From: Octopus sinensis
Lineage: Eukaryota
Assembly: GCF_006345805.1 (NCBI RefSeq)
Contig: NW_021835934.1
Location: 1-50,356, forward strand
Reading direction: 5' to 3'
DNA: 50,356 bases
Of this stretch, positions 22,748-39,339 are shown piece by piece. The notes below the pieces were generated by a model, which saw nothing but the letters and a program-made list of their open reading frames with translations, was not told the DNA's origin and searched no databases. Numbering within the stretch: position 1 is the stretch's first letter; every line of letters begins with the position of its first letter. The position numbers were made by a program, and so were the translations under genes.

Positions 22748-22918
22748 GTATCTATTTATTTATGGGTGAATTTCTTGCACTACCTGCAACGTTTTATGCC
22801 CGTGTGGCTAATAAAAAACCCATTATTATTATTATCAATATTATCATTATTGTTATTATTATTAGTATCATCATCATTATTATTATTATCATTATTATTA
22901 TTATTATTAGTATCATCA

Positions 22919-22958
<40 letters not shown>

Positions 22959-22999
22959 TATTATTATTAATATCATCATCATTATTATTATTATTATTA

Positions 23000-23097
<98 letters not shown>

Positions 23098-23130
23098 TAT
23101 TATTATTATTATTATTACTATTATTATTAC
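22668..23130. repeat. (TTA)n/(TCA)n microsatellite
   Basis: Seen directly. It is interrupted by a 60-bp LINE-tail-like piece at 22762-22821. Confidence 0.95.
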
Positions 23131-23794
23131 GTCATGGAAATGGCTGACATTACGTATGCAGAAGATAACATTGAGGAACGTTGATGCCATCTTGAAGCCT
23201 GCAAGGATTATAGAAAACAAAAAAAAAATCTGTCTGTAATAAAATGGTGGTAAAAAAAAAAGAATAACAAAATTGAATATCAATGAAAAAAAAAATAAAA
23301 CAAACAGAAGCGAAAGACTACTAAAGCTGTTTGGATATTATGATAATTAGATAATCTTTTTTTTGCTTATTTATTGATTTTTTCTTCGTTTTTTTTTTGG
23401 CTTCATATTTGCTCTTTTTTTTTTTGCTTTGTATGAGCAACCAATAAAGACGTGTTGATATCGTAAAACACACTTGACTCTAACGATTAGTTTGTAGAAT
23501 ATGGCGGCCGGGAAAATAAAAAATTATGAAAACAATAATCTTAATATTTATGATAGATTAATGGGGTTTTTTTAAGGAGACTTATAAGACGGCTATGAAT
23601 ATGATTACATATACAAGAGTGTGTATGTATATACGTATGCATGTATGTATATATGTAGTTATGTATGTATGTATGTATGGAGCGATGGAGGGAGGGAGGG
23701 ATTATTGGTCTAGTTGGTTGGCTGGTTGGCTGGTTGGATGGCTGGAGGATGGATGGAGCATGTTTGTGTGTATTTGTGTGAGCATCCAGGTGTG

Positions 23795-27808
<4,014 letters not shown>

Positions 27809-28081
27809 GAGTGCATTCAATATTTTTGGCTTAGTGCAACATTTAATTCATAACAGCTGATATTAACTGGTTGTTCCATGTTTCAGTCGTACAGCAAGCT
27901 TCCTTCCTTGTTTATAGAAATCATCAGGTTTCTTTAAAAACAAAGAATTTCTCTCAAGTATCGAATACGATTTTGTACTTAACGAAGCTGCTTCCTTTTC
28001 ACATCCGTCTATGCCAAGTATATGCCAAGGCGATAATAACACGTAATCGTGAAATAACCATTGTCACCACCACCGACAACA

Positions 28082-28485
28082 GTGGAGGCGCAATGGCCCA
28101 ATTGTTAGGGCAGTGGGCTCGCGGTCAGACGATCGCGGTATCGATTCCCAGACCGGGCGTTGTGTGCTTTTATTGAGCGAAAACACCTAAAGCTCCACGA
28201 GGCACCGGCAGGGGGTGTTGGCGACCCCTGTTGTACTCTTTCACTCCAACTTTCTCTCACTCTTTCATCCTGTTTCTTGTCCCCGACTTCCTACGCAACC
28301 GCTGAGCCTGGATGCACATTCATCCATCCGTCGATGCTCTCGGTGTCGGGGGTTGACCTGCTTTCTCTCCAGCGGGTCTTACGAATAGCAAAGGACCAGA
28401 TTTCGGACTTCTCCCATCTTGCGAGCTCTGGGACGAAGACCGCTTCGCTCAACATCAACATCATCACCACCACTACCAACAACAC
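28082..28485 (+). mobile_element. SINE-C full length with an (AAC/ATC) tail
   Basis: tRNA-like head GGAGGCGCAATGGCCCAATTGTTAGGGCAG...TCGATTCCC followed by the family C core. Confidence 0.85.
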
Positions 28486-28552
28486 TGTGTGTGTGTGTGT
28501 GTGTGCGTGTGTGTGTGTGTGTGTGGTGTGTGTGTGTGTGTCTGTGTGTGTA

Positions 28553-29208
28553 CTATTTTATTCTTTTACATGTTTCATTCATTTGATTGCGACCATGCTG
28601 GAGTACTGCCCTAATGGGTTATAATCGAAGAAATCGACCCCAAGACTTATTCTTTGTCAGCGTAGTACTTATTCTATCGATCTCTTTTGCCGAAACGCTA
28701 AGGGGACATAAACACACCAGTATCAGTTGCCAAGCAATGTTGGGGGGAACAACACAGATAATACATACACGCACACATACACACACACAACATAAAGTAG
28801 AAAGGATTATCTTTCTTTTCCTTGTTTCAGTCATTAGACCGCGGCCATGCTGGAACACCTCCATGAAGAATTTTAGTCAATCTTACCGGCCCCAGTATTT
28901 ATTACTTTTTTCTGTAAAACCTGCTACTTATTCTAACTTTGCGGAACCTCAGTTAGGGGGACATAAACACAACAACACCAATTGTCAAGTAGTGGGAGTG
29001 GGGACAAACACACACACACACACACACGCACACACACATATTCCTACATATATATACACACAGGCTTCTTTCAGTTTCCGATTACCAAATCTACTCACAA
29101 GCCTGATACTATAGTAGAAGACACTTGCCCAAAGTGCCATGCAGTGGAACTGAACCCGGAACAGTGTGGCTGGAAAGCAGACTTCTTACCACAAAGCCAC
29201 GCCTGCAC
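28553..29208 (-). mobile_element. Two diverged SINE-B pieces (28553-28760 3' half; 28810-29208 near full length)
   Basis: Family B modules on the minus strand. Confidence 0.82.
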
Positions 29209-29235
29209 CTAGTTAACGTCTTAATTTCCCATACG

Positions 29236-29652
29236 TATTTCTTTACTGCCCACAAGGGGCTAAACACAGAGGGGACAAACAACGACAGACAAACGGATTA
29301 AGTCGATTACATTGACCCCAGTGCGTAACTGGTACTTAGTTAATCGACCCCGAAAGGATGAAAGGCAAAGTCGACCTCGGCGGAATTTGAACTCAGAACG
29401 TAGCGGCAAAGGAAATACCTATTTCTTTACTACCCACAAGGGGTCAAACACAGAGGGGACAAACAAGGACAGACAAACGGATTAAGTCGATTATATCGAT
29501 CCCAGTGCGTAACTGGTACTTATTTAATCAACCCCCGAAAGGATGAAAGGCAAAGTCGACCTCGGCGGAATTTGAACTCAGAACGTATCGGCAGACGAAA
29601 TACGGCTACGCATTTCGCCCGGCGCGCTAACGTTTCTGCCAGCTCGCCGCCT
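29236..29652 (-). mobile_element. SINE-A dimer (head plus two 184-nt bodies)
   Basis: tatttctttact occurs at 29236 and 29420. Junction ggaaatacctatttcttt. Confidence 0.92.
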
Positions 29653-30466
29653 TAATTTCATATACCATCGCAATCGACTTTGCCCTCTATCCATTTTGGG
29701 CTCATAAAATAAATTACTAAATGAGTGTTTTACCAGGGCACAGTAAGAAAACGAGTAAAGGGGTACGAATCGTAGAAACATTAGTTTTCTGGCAGATATT
29801 TTAAAAAAATCCTTGTCAGCAGCAGTTTCCAAGAGCAACCATAGTGAATGCACGAGATTTGACATGGCTGCAGTTAACTATTATTTACCATCGATTGCCA
29901 TAAACAGGAATAATTTTGAACTCGGTTAAAAAGAAAAAAAAATCGCGGAACTTCTAAGGAAGCCTCATGTAGATATAATCACAAGTATTGATCTTTCGTC
30001 TTTATAGATAAACAGATCGATATTTTCGTTGGTATCGCTTGATCACTTTGTTTCCATTAGATCTCGGATTTCGATTAATATGGTAAAAGGAAGGAGATGG
30101 GAGCAAGAGAAATCCAATGACGTCAGAACCCTCCAATCCATCCTAAACATAAATGTGTGCACTACTTGATAGGAAAGGCATGAATATCACAACATGGCGT
30201 TTCTTTCGGGTAGTCAAGAGGCCGTTACTCGGTTTCCATGGCTTATAAGTGTCCAAGGTTACAATATTGCCCTGAAAAGAAAGTCGGTCAGCTGCAGGGT
30301 TCAAGGTCAGAAATTGGGAGGGAAGGGGACCTCGGTTGGATACGAACTCAGAACGCAAAAAGTCGAATGAAATACCGCCAGGAATTTTGTCCGACGTGCG
30401 AACAATTCTGTCAAATTACTGTCTTTGATATTACTTCTTGATAAATCTTTTTTAAATTCTTTTTTT

Positions 30467-30718
30467 AATATGCCCTTTTAAAGCCTAGCCAGGCTCCTGG
30501 GCCCGGTTTCCCGGTTTCTATGGTATATGTGTTCCCCAGCTGGACGGGACCCCAGTCCATCGCAGCGTTACTCATTTTTGCCAGCTGAATGGAATGGAGC
30601 AACGTGAAATGAAGTGTTTTGCTCAAGAACACAACGCATCGCCCGGTCCAGGAATCGAAACCACAATCTTACAATCATGATGCTGACACCCTAACCACAA
30701 AGCCATACGCCTCCACCT
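30467..30718 (-). mobile_element. SINE-D full length
   Basis: Near-identical to 44845-45112, with a tRNA-like head and TTCGATTCC B box. Confidence 0.9.
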
Positions 30719-30923
30719 CGATAAATCTACTGAGTATTTAATGCTTAATTGCGACGGGATGCCTGCAACACCAGAGTGCGGAAGCTGATGGCTCCAGCTG
30801 GCCAAACTGTGTTGTTTCTAAATTTTGGCATAGAAGAAAGGAAGAAGGAATGGAATTACAAAATCTCAGAGAAATCTCAGAGATACATACTGTAGCAGTA
30901 TAGTATTTTAAAAGCTTATAATC

Positions 30924-31523
30924 TATTTCTTTACTACCCACAAGGGGCTAAACACAGAGTGGACAAACAAGGACAGACAAACGGATTAAGTTGATTATAT
31001 CGACCCCAGTGCGTAAGTGGTACTTATTTAATCGACCCCGAAAGGATGAATGGTAAAGTCGACCTCGGCGGAATTTGAACTCAGAACGTAGCGACAGACG
31101 AAATACCTATTTCTTTACTACCCACAAGGGGCTAAACACAGAGAGGACAAACAAGGACAGACAAACGGATTAAGTTGATTATATCGACCCCAGTGCGTAA
31201 GTGGTACTTATTTAATCGACCCCGAAAGGATGAATGGTAAAGTCGACCTCGGCGGAATTTGAACTCAGAACGTAGCGACAGACGAAATACCTATTTCTTT
31301 ACTACCCACAAGGGGCTAAACACAGGGAGGACAAACAAGGACAGACAAACGGATTAAGTTGATTATATCGACCCCAGTGCGTAACTGGTACTTATTTAAT
31401 CGACCCCGAAAGGATGAAAGGTAAAGTCGACCTCGGCGGAATTTGAACTCAGAACGTAGCGACAGACGAAATACTGTTGAGCATTTCGCCCGTCGTGCTA
31501 ACGTTTCGGCCAGCTCGCCAGCC
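30924..31523 (-). mobile_element. SINE-A trimer
   Basis: Units at 30924, 31108 and 31292 (period 184). TATAATCTA flanks both ends (30917-30925 and 31524-31532). Confidence 0.93.
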
Positions 31524-32174
31524 TATAATCTAATTAGGTTCTTCCAAAGCGACTCATAAACTTAACCAAAATTTGTCTCATTGTGGCACGTTTTAGTATT
31601 AAGGATTAAGTGATAACAAAGGGTTTATAACGAATCCAGAGAAGACTCCAGCAATCAGCACTACTAAACTCACAAAACTTGCATATTGACCGATATGTGA
31701 GAAACACCACCACTTCGTCCGAAAGTAAAAAATCTCTTATAGGCGTGCTGTGACTAAAATACGTGTGACTTGCCTGTCGGCAGAGTATATGAATCAAGTA
31801 TGATACATAGATAGCTATTTTAATTTTATACTCTTTGAATTGCATACACCGAGTTGTTTATTCAGCGTAGCGGCTGTTCGCAGTGTCAGTGAATATATTA
31901 TTCACAGCTTTCCATATTGGAGGCGAGAAAATCTCGCCCAAGCATACTTATTGACAATGGCCAATAAAGTGGGAATTGCATCTGGCGTTCTTGTTATCCC
32001 AGCTGCTGGGACAGTTTTATCGCCCCTCTCCGATATATATTGTGTTTTTTAAACAAAGCACCTCCGAAGGAAATTTATCTTCCACGAAAACCGAGGTAGC
32101 TTGCCTGTCTTTAAATATGATACAGGAATGCCAATATATACATGCATACATACATACATACATACATACATACA

Positions 32175-32206
<32 letters not shown>

Positions 32207-32209
32207 AAC

Positions 32210-32580
32210 TAATAGACTGGCCCTCTCCCGCAAAATTTCGGGTCTTAACGGCATTTCGTCCGTCTTTTCGTTCTGAGTTCAAATTCCGCCGAGGTCGACT
32301 TTGCTTTTCATCCTTTCGGGGTCTAATAAATTAAGTACCCTTTGTGTATTGGGATCGATCTAATCGACTGGCCCTCTCCCGCAAAATTTCGGGTCTTAAC
32401 GGCATTTCATCAGTCTTTCCGTTCTGAGTTCAAATTCCGCCGAGGTCGACTTTGCTTTTCATCATTTCGTATTCGATAAAACGAGTACCAGTTAAGCACT
32501 GGGGAGGGGCAGGGGCGATCTAATCAACTTCCCCACTTACCCGAGGTTTCTGGACTTGCGCCAAAATTTGAAACCAATAT
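32210..32580 (+). mobile_element. Headless SINE-A variant in tandem (period 151)
   Basis: ccctctcccgcaaaatttcgggtcttaacggcatttc occurs at 32221 and 32372. Confidence 0.8.
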
Positions 32581-32827
32581 TTGAGCAAGTGATAAGTACC
32601 ATTTTCTTATATCCCGGTTACTCTTGCATTTTTATTGCCGGGTCATAGTGCTAGTGCATGCATATACAGCTGCGTGCGTGCGCACATACACGCGAGTACT
32701 GTCCAAATCTCCGACCAATCACATACAGCTAGTTGGCATTCAATTGGTGTATCAAGTTTCGGGCATTTTGATTGGGTTTTGGATAGAAAATTCACAAAAA
32801 AGTCACTTCTATTGATTCTTTAATGGC

Positions 32828-32961
32828 TTTGCGGGATGACTGGGGAAATGTAAAGATGTGCACGGTTTTGAATGACCATAGAAAGTGCGAGCCCTCTAAC
32901 TGAAACATTGTGGATTTGTATAAAGGACACACAGACATTTTGCCGTTTATATATAGAGAGA
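32828..32961 (-). mobile_element. Helitron-like 5' terminal module
   Basis: Reverse complement begins TCTCTCTATATATAAACGGCAAAATGTCTGTGTGTCC. Homologous to the units at 35261-35571. Confidence 0.65.
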
Positions 32962-33357
32962 CTAGCAGTATCGCCCGGCGTTGCCCGGGTTTGTAAGGGA
33001 AATAACTATATAAGCATTTTTAGAGAGTTATAGCCAAAAATAGCAAAAAAATGCATTAAAAATTGAAAAACAATTAAGGTAATTTTTTTTTAAATCGTTG
33101 ACACATCGTAGATATTTTTACAGAGTTACTTCCCTTATATAATAACGAAAAATATGCATTAAAATGGAAAAATATGATGGTAAATTTTTTTTTAATCGTA
33201 GACTCATCGTAGACGCGCGCTAATACCCAGAAGGGCTCGATATGAATCACGACTATAAGATACCCGCTTTTGGTTAAACTGCACCGCAAAATGTGGGAGT
33301 AGTTACGAATCTAAATCGTAGGAGACAGACACACAACTTCACTTTTATATATAAAGA
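32962..33357 (-). mobile_element. Non-autonomous Helitron (about 396 bp)
   Basis: The minus strand reads A|TCTTTATATATAAAAG ... CCCGGGCAACGCCGGG hairpin ... CTAG|T. This gives the canonical 5' TC, 3' hairpin plus CTAG, and A|T target. Confidence 0.85.
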
Positions 33358-33470
33358 TATAAGCCACGTAGTTATATACACATACTTTGTTATATACACA
33401 TTCTTAAAAGAAAACGTTATTTTGAACACAACATTTACAAAGAATAAAATATTTTTTTGGTTTTTCTTAA

Positions 33471-34533
33471 CCCTTTCGTTACTATATTTCTGACCAAAAT
33501 ACACCCCTTATGTGTTTCAATTAATTTCTAACGTAATCATAAATTTAGTCTGGTTTCATTAAACACTATAACTTTTTTATTTATGAATATATTAATCTGA
33601 TTTTTGGAAGATAATTTAGTGAAATGTTCTCAACCAATTCTATACTATAATTTTTGTCACAAAGTGACTCTAATTGCAGGTAGATACAGGTAAATTCAAC
33701 AATATATAAAATTATTAAAATTTTGTTCAACATCGCTATAGAAAATGGGTTATTAGCTAATATTCAATTGGGTATACAACAGAATTTTACGATAGAATTT
33801 GTTATTCTGGGTAACTTTCTAATACCCATAATAATATTTATGGCAAAATAGGCCTTAATTTCATTTAAGATTGTGGGAAATAACAAACTATCGTTTCTTT
33901 CGCTTTGTTTAGGTTGGGCGTAACAGTTCGTTTCCGCCGTAATGATTTCAAATAGGCTCATTCGAAAAAGTAAAAAGAAATAGTCTAAGGCTTTACTCTT
34001 CTGGGAAAGTCTGTGGCTTGGTCCAGTTTCTTCAGAGAAATCACCGAAAGAAACAGTTTTTAAATTTTCACTCCATTCAGGTGCCAAATCATTTTCTTTA
34101 TCGCTGTCGGAGATCTCAGATTCACTGTTTTCACTTTCGGAAAATGAAACATCAGATTCATTATCAAATACCACATGCTTTTTTTTTCAGTCATAGAGTT
34201 AGATTTATGAAGGTTTTCAGTAGAAAATCCTTCGAATTCTGACTCGCTGCTTGATATAATGAAATTCGTATCCATTTTTTGTCAGAATTACAAATTTTGA
34301 AAACACAATAGGAACAAATTTCGGAAAAAAATCTCCCATAATTCACGGAATTAAAATTACACTTCGATTTTTGTACGAAACTGTAGTTGAACTGTTTACG
34401 AAGTATAATACGTGTTTTCACGAATGTTCTAAAGAGATTTACTCTGATATTCTCATTTAAATATGAATAGGTAATTCGGGCGGCTTGGTCACATTAACCA
34501 AAATTTTTTTCGGGCGTTTTGGTAACGAAAGGG
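33471..34533 (-). mobile_element. Internally deleted piggyBac transposon
   Basis: TTAA TSD (33467-33470 and 34534-34537). TIR CCCTTTCGTTAC / GTAACGAAAGGG. Confidence 0.93.
33764..34275 (-). pseudogene. piggyBac (PGBD4-like) transposase N-terminal fragment, frameshifted and truncated
   Basis: MDTNFIISSSESEFEGF... acidic N-terminus, then LDYFFLLF...IITAETNCYAQ...EIKAYFAINIIMGIRKLP. The catalytic DDD domain is missing. Confidence 0.88.
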
Positions 34534-35159
34534 TTAAACGGATGCATACATTTATTAATAACTATATATAAGTGTCGTCTGTTTATACATAACACTGTTT
34601 CATATACTGCAATTATATATACATATATCTATATATATATTATATATAAAATATTACAGAGTAAAATAAAAACCAATTTACCTTTTCTGTATTGTTATAG
34701 CAATTCGACCGTTCGTGTGTCTTTGCAAATGTGTTGGAATGATAAGTGAGTTGTGTTTTGGCGCCTTTTTTACTAATAACAAACACACACGTGTTTGTAT
34801 GTAGTTGTTTGAAACGTTTGTTTGTCACTGTCATATATGTATGTGTATGCGTGGTGTGAGGAATGACACACACACACTCACGCACGCACACATGTACATC
34901 AATTCTTTTATGAGCGTCATAGACAGAAACAAATTTACATCGCCATCGCCATCGCATTCTATTGTCTACCTGTCAACACACACACAGTGAATTAGTTTCA
35001 CTTTATTCGTTGCACACTGTGTGTGTGCGTTTGCGTGTGCTGTAAACCAGACTAAGAAAAGCATTTGACATACACACCAGAATGTGAGTTTTCTGTAAAT
35101 TTTGCTTAATTGGAGTTTAAATTTTAAAAACTGGACCTGGCATGACCCGATGCATTCTA

Positions 35160-35571
35160 CTCTTAAAAACGCTAGGTAAATTGTAATTGAAGAAATCCTA
35201 TATTGTAGATTTCTATAAGTGACAAAGGGAGGCAGATAAAATCTGCCTTTTATAATAAGAGATTTGTGGGGTGACTGGGGAAATGTAAAGATGTGCATGA
35301 CCACCCTTGGACGGTTTTGAATGACCATAGAAAGTGCGAGCTCTCTAACTGAAAAATTGTGGATTTGTATAAAGGACACGCACACAGACAGACATTTTTG
35401 CCGTTTATATATAGAGAGATTTGTGGGGTGACTGGGGAAATGTAAAGATGTGCACGACCATCCTTGGACGGTTTTGAATGACCATAGAAAGTGCGAGCCC
35501 TCTAACTGAAAAATTGTGGCTTTGTATAAAGGACACACACACAGACATTTTACCGTTTATATAGAGAGAGA
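35160..35571 (-). mobile_element. Stacked Helitron-like 5' ends (two units of about 157 bp plus a third, different 5' end)
   Basis: gatttgtggggtgactgggg occurs at 35261 and 35418. Each unit ends tttatata(ta)gagagat on the plus strand, and the preceding segment ends ttttataataagagat. Confidence 0.65.
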
Positions 35572-36112
35572 TTTCCTCGCACTCTCATCAGTAACTTTCA
35601 GCATGTATATTATTCAATAATTCCGTCATTTTTGACGGTTCGGATACTGTAATATTTCTTTTTAAAAAAAACAGTTTAAACACAATACTTACTCGTCTTC
35701 CGTATTTTGACAGCCGGAAGGCGAGGTAAGTGGTCCCTGATGAAACTTGAGAAAGATTAAGATATTATCATAATGTCCTCACTTTTAACCGATGAACTTC
35801 ATGGGGTTAATGCAGGGTCTATATTTTACCAATGGCTCTAAATATCGGTTTATTAAGCCTACTTTGTATAAATTTGGCATATTTATTCATAACAACGGTG
35901 CTTAGGTACTTTAGGTATTTTTGCGTATTTATATACGATATATAGTATATATTTATACATATATATACATGTGTGTGTGTGTGTGTGTATCTTATTTATG
36001 AAATACTCTGTATTTCACGTCTAGTTATATCATAATTCTAGACTACCAAATCACCAGATAGGAATTTTTCATATATACGTAAGTATATACTTACATACAT
36101 AGATACAGGCAT

Positions 36113-36147
<35 letters not shown>

Positions 36148-36184
36148 CATACATACGTACGTACGTATGTATGTATATATGTAT

Positions 36185-36870
36185 GTATATATATAATATA
36201 TATATGTGTGTAAATAGAGTATATCTATATATATATATACTATATATATAATATAGTATATATGTATATATATAATATATATATGTGGGTAAATAGAGTA
36301 TATCTATATATATATATACTATATATATAATATAGTATATATGTATATATATAATATATATATGTGTGTAAATAGAGTATATCTATATATATATATACTA
36401 TATATATAATATAGTATATATGTATATATATAATATAATATGTTGTAAATAGAGTATATCTATATATATATATACTATATATATAATATAGTATATATGT
36501 ATATATAATATATATATATGTGTGTAAATAGAGTATATCTATATATATATATACTATATATATAATATAGTATATATGTTATATATAATATATATATGTG
36601 TGTAAATAGAGTATATCTATATATATATATACTATATATATAATATAGTATATATGTATATATATAATATATATATGTGTGTAAATAGAGTATATCTATA
36701 TATATATATACTATATATATAATATAGTATATATGTATTATATAATATATATATGTGTGTAAATAGAGTATATCTATATATATACTATATATATAATATA
36801 GTATATATGTATATATATAATATATATATGTGTGTAAATAGAGTATATCTATATATATATATACCTATAT
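36185..36870. repeat. AT-rich minisatellite, about 78 bp x 9
   Basis: taaatagagtatatct recurs at about 36211, 36290, 36369, 36446, 36525, 36603, 36682, 36760 and 36835. Confidence 0.93.
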
Positions 36871-36882
36871 ATATATGCATAT

Positions 36883-36943
<61 letters not shown>

Positions 36944-37480
36944 GTGTGTGTATGTTTGTGTATGTGTTTGTGTGTGTGTGTGTTTGTGTGTGCGTATATA
37001 TGTATGCCACGTATATCATATATAACTTATGGTTATATATTTTATTCAATAATGCATAGATCGGACTGACAAGTCGTTCTAGAAAACAATTATGTGTCAA
37101 TGTTTTTTCTGAAAATTTATCTTTCCTGTCAATTATATATACACGTAGGTATTTCTCTGTGTGCATATATATATACATGTATGTGTGCTCTATTCGTTTC
37201 TGTGCGTGTGTGTATTGTGTCTGTATGTACGCATGCGTGCTTGTGTGCATATAGATTTAAGTTGGTCTCTTAGTGAATGTATGCGTATGTACGCCATTAT
37301 ATCTTTTATCAGTGTGTGTATATACAAACGTATATATGCACGAGGAAATTCATCTGCGCTGGTGTGTGTATAAGAAGAAATATGTGTGTATATGTATGTT
37401 TTTATATGTCTGTTTGTATATGAGTATACGTATGTACCCGTACGTGTCTTCGTATGTGTATACATGCGAATATAGGTACA

Positions 37481-37512
37481 TACGAGGGACGTTCAATAAG
37501 TAATGCCCCTGA
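37481..37512 (+). mobile_element. Orphan mariner-type TIR
   Basis: TA + CGAGGGACGTTCAATAAGTAATGCCC resembles mariner ends. No partner was found. Confidence 0.5.
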
Positions 37513-37618
37513 AAAGTCTTCTTTTTCGATAATAAACCTGTATTTTTTATATTTTTATATTTTGCATATCTATTATTTTAGCAAAGAAACTTTGCTTTCG
37601 TTAATGCGCGCCTTCACG

Positions 37619-38055
37619 TGTCAGTTAAGGTGAGACAGTGACACGTGACAACTTGCTGGGGCTGCCTGCTGGAGCCTAGCGGCAGGTATTAAAGGGAAAA
37701 TTTGACAAGTCAGTCAGTCACTGGCTTACAATCGCTGACGATACATCGAAGAAGCCAGGGAACAGAAGAAAGAAGAAGAAGGAAAACATGCACCCAACAC
37801 CAGAGCTGAAGACACCTCCGAAAGGAAGGGGGATCCACCACGTCAAAACGGTAGAAGAGTTGGGGCCGAAACCGGACGTGGTTCCTCCTGATGATGTCTT
37901 GAGCTAACTGGATCCTATAAAGGAGCTGTTGTGGTAGCAGACCACGAAACACCGTTGTAATTCCTGGCTCTTCGAAAACTAAAGATTTTGAATCTGTAAA
38001 CGCAGCAAGCATTTCTTTGTGAGTCAAACATTCAGAACAAATTCAATTCATAACA
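37619..38055 (+). mobile_element. Possible solo LTR
   Basis: GC-richer island bounded by TGTCA...TAACA, with TATTAAA followed by CAGTCAGT. No convincing TSD. Confidence 0.35.
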
Positions 38056-38094
38056 ATTAACGTTGTTACTTCTCTTCTCTATGAAATATGACGA

Positions 38095-38267
38095 TAGGCG
38101 CAGGAGTGGCTGTGTGGTAAGTAGCTTGCTAACCAGCCACATGGTTCCGGGTTCAGTCTCACTGCGTAGCATCTTGGGCAAGTGTCTTCTGCTATAGCCT
38201 CGGACCGACCAATGCCTTGTGAGTGGATTTGGTAGACGGAAACTGAAAGAAGCCTGTCGTATATATG

Positions 38268-38300
<33 letters not shown>

Positions 38301-38518
38301 TTGTGTGTCTGTGTTTGTCCCCCTAGCATTGCTTGACAACCGATGCTGGTGTGTGTACGTCCCCGTCACTTAGCGGTTCGGCAAAAGAGACCGATAGAAT
38401 AAGTACTGGGCTTACAAAGAATAAGTCTCGGGGTCGATTTGCTCGACTAAAGGCGGTGCTCCAGCATGGCCGCAGTCAAATGAGTGAAACAAGTAAATAA
38501 AGAGTAAAAAAAAAGAGT
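38095..38518 (+). mobile_element. SINE-B full length
   Basis: All modules present with low divergence. Confidence 0.94.
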
Positions 38519-38676
38519 ATATAGGTCCTCTAGAATTCTCTCCCTCCTCATGTTTTCCCCGTGGGTGTCAACAGAGACATGAATGCCGCTAATTTCACAA
38601 GGAAAATCTAGGAAGTCCTGCAAAGATCATGATCGATACATCTTTCTCCACTGTGCGTGTGTCTGCATTTGCACTG

Positions 38677-38710
38677 GTATTAGGTTGGCCAAAAATCTGT
38701 TCGGTTTTAG
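38677..38710 (+). mobile_element. Orphan mariner-type TIR
   Basis: TA + TTAGGTTGGCCAAAAA...CGGTTTT resembles Hsmar-like ends. Confidence 0.5.
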
Positions 38711-38894
38711 TCGACAGAAAACTCCAAGCCCTCTAAAATGTAGCTAACACCGGCCTGCCTCTTGCGTGCGCATGCGTTAGATACTAACACTTGAACGTAG
38801 TTCGAAGCGAACTTGAGACGGACATATTATGTTTTGTGTGTTTGGGACCACTCTGAAAAATGTAGAACGAAAACAAACATTATCCACACCTCAA

Positions 38895-39339
38895 CTCTCT
38901 TTACTCTCTTTTACTTGTTTCAGTCATTTGACTGCGGGCGTGCTGGAGCACCGCCTTTAACCGAGCAACCCGACCCCGGGACTTATTCTTTGTAAGCCCA
39001 GTACTTATTCTATCGGTCTCTTTTACCGAACCGCTAAGTGACGGGGACATAAACACACCAGCATTGGTTGTCAAGCAATGCTAGGGGGATAAACACAGAC
39101 ACACAAACATACATGCACACCACACACACACATATATATATATATATTATATATATATATATATATACATATATACGACGGGCTTCTTTCAGTTTCCGTC
39201 TACCAAATCCACTCACAAGGCTTTGGTCGGCCCGAGGCTATAGTAGAAGACACTTGCCCAAGGTGCCACGTAGTAGGCCTGAACCCGGAACCATGTGGTT
39301 GGTAAGCAAGCTACTTACCACACAGCCACTCCTACGCCT
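38895..39339 (-). mobile_element. SINE-B full length (inverted relative to 38095-38518)
   Basis: All modules present. Confidence 0.94.

Noticed and set aside
28082-28155. tRNA-like sequences at SINE heads (also 6759, 45040, 47935)
   Set aside because: They have A/B boxes but no complete cloverleaf or acceptor stem, and they continue into SINE bodies. They are not tRNA genes.
30924-31523. Regular repeats considered as a CRISPR-like array (also 36185-36870)
   Set aside because: The units are fully repeated with no unique spacers, the context is eukaryotic, and there are no cas genes.
35737-35760. CTGATGA followed by GAAA
   Set aside because: There is no stem II pairing and no complementary stem I or III, so it is not a hammerhead.
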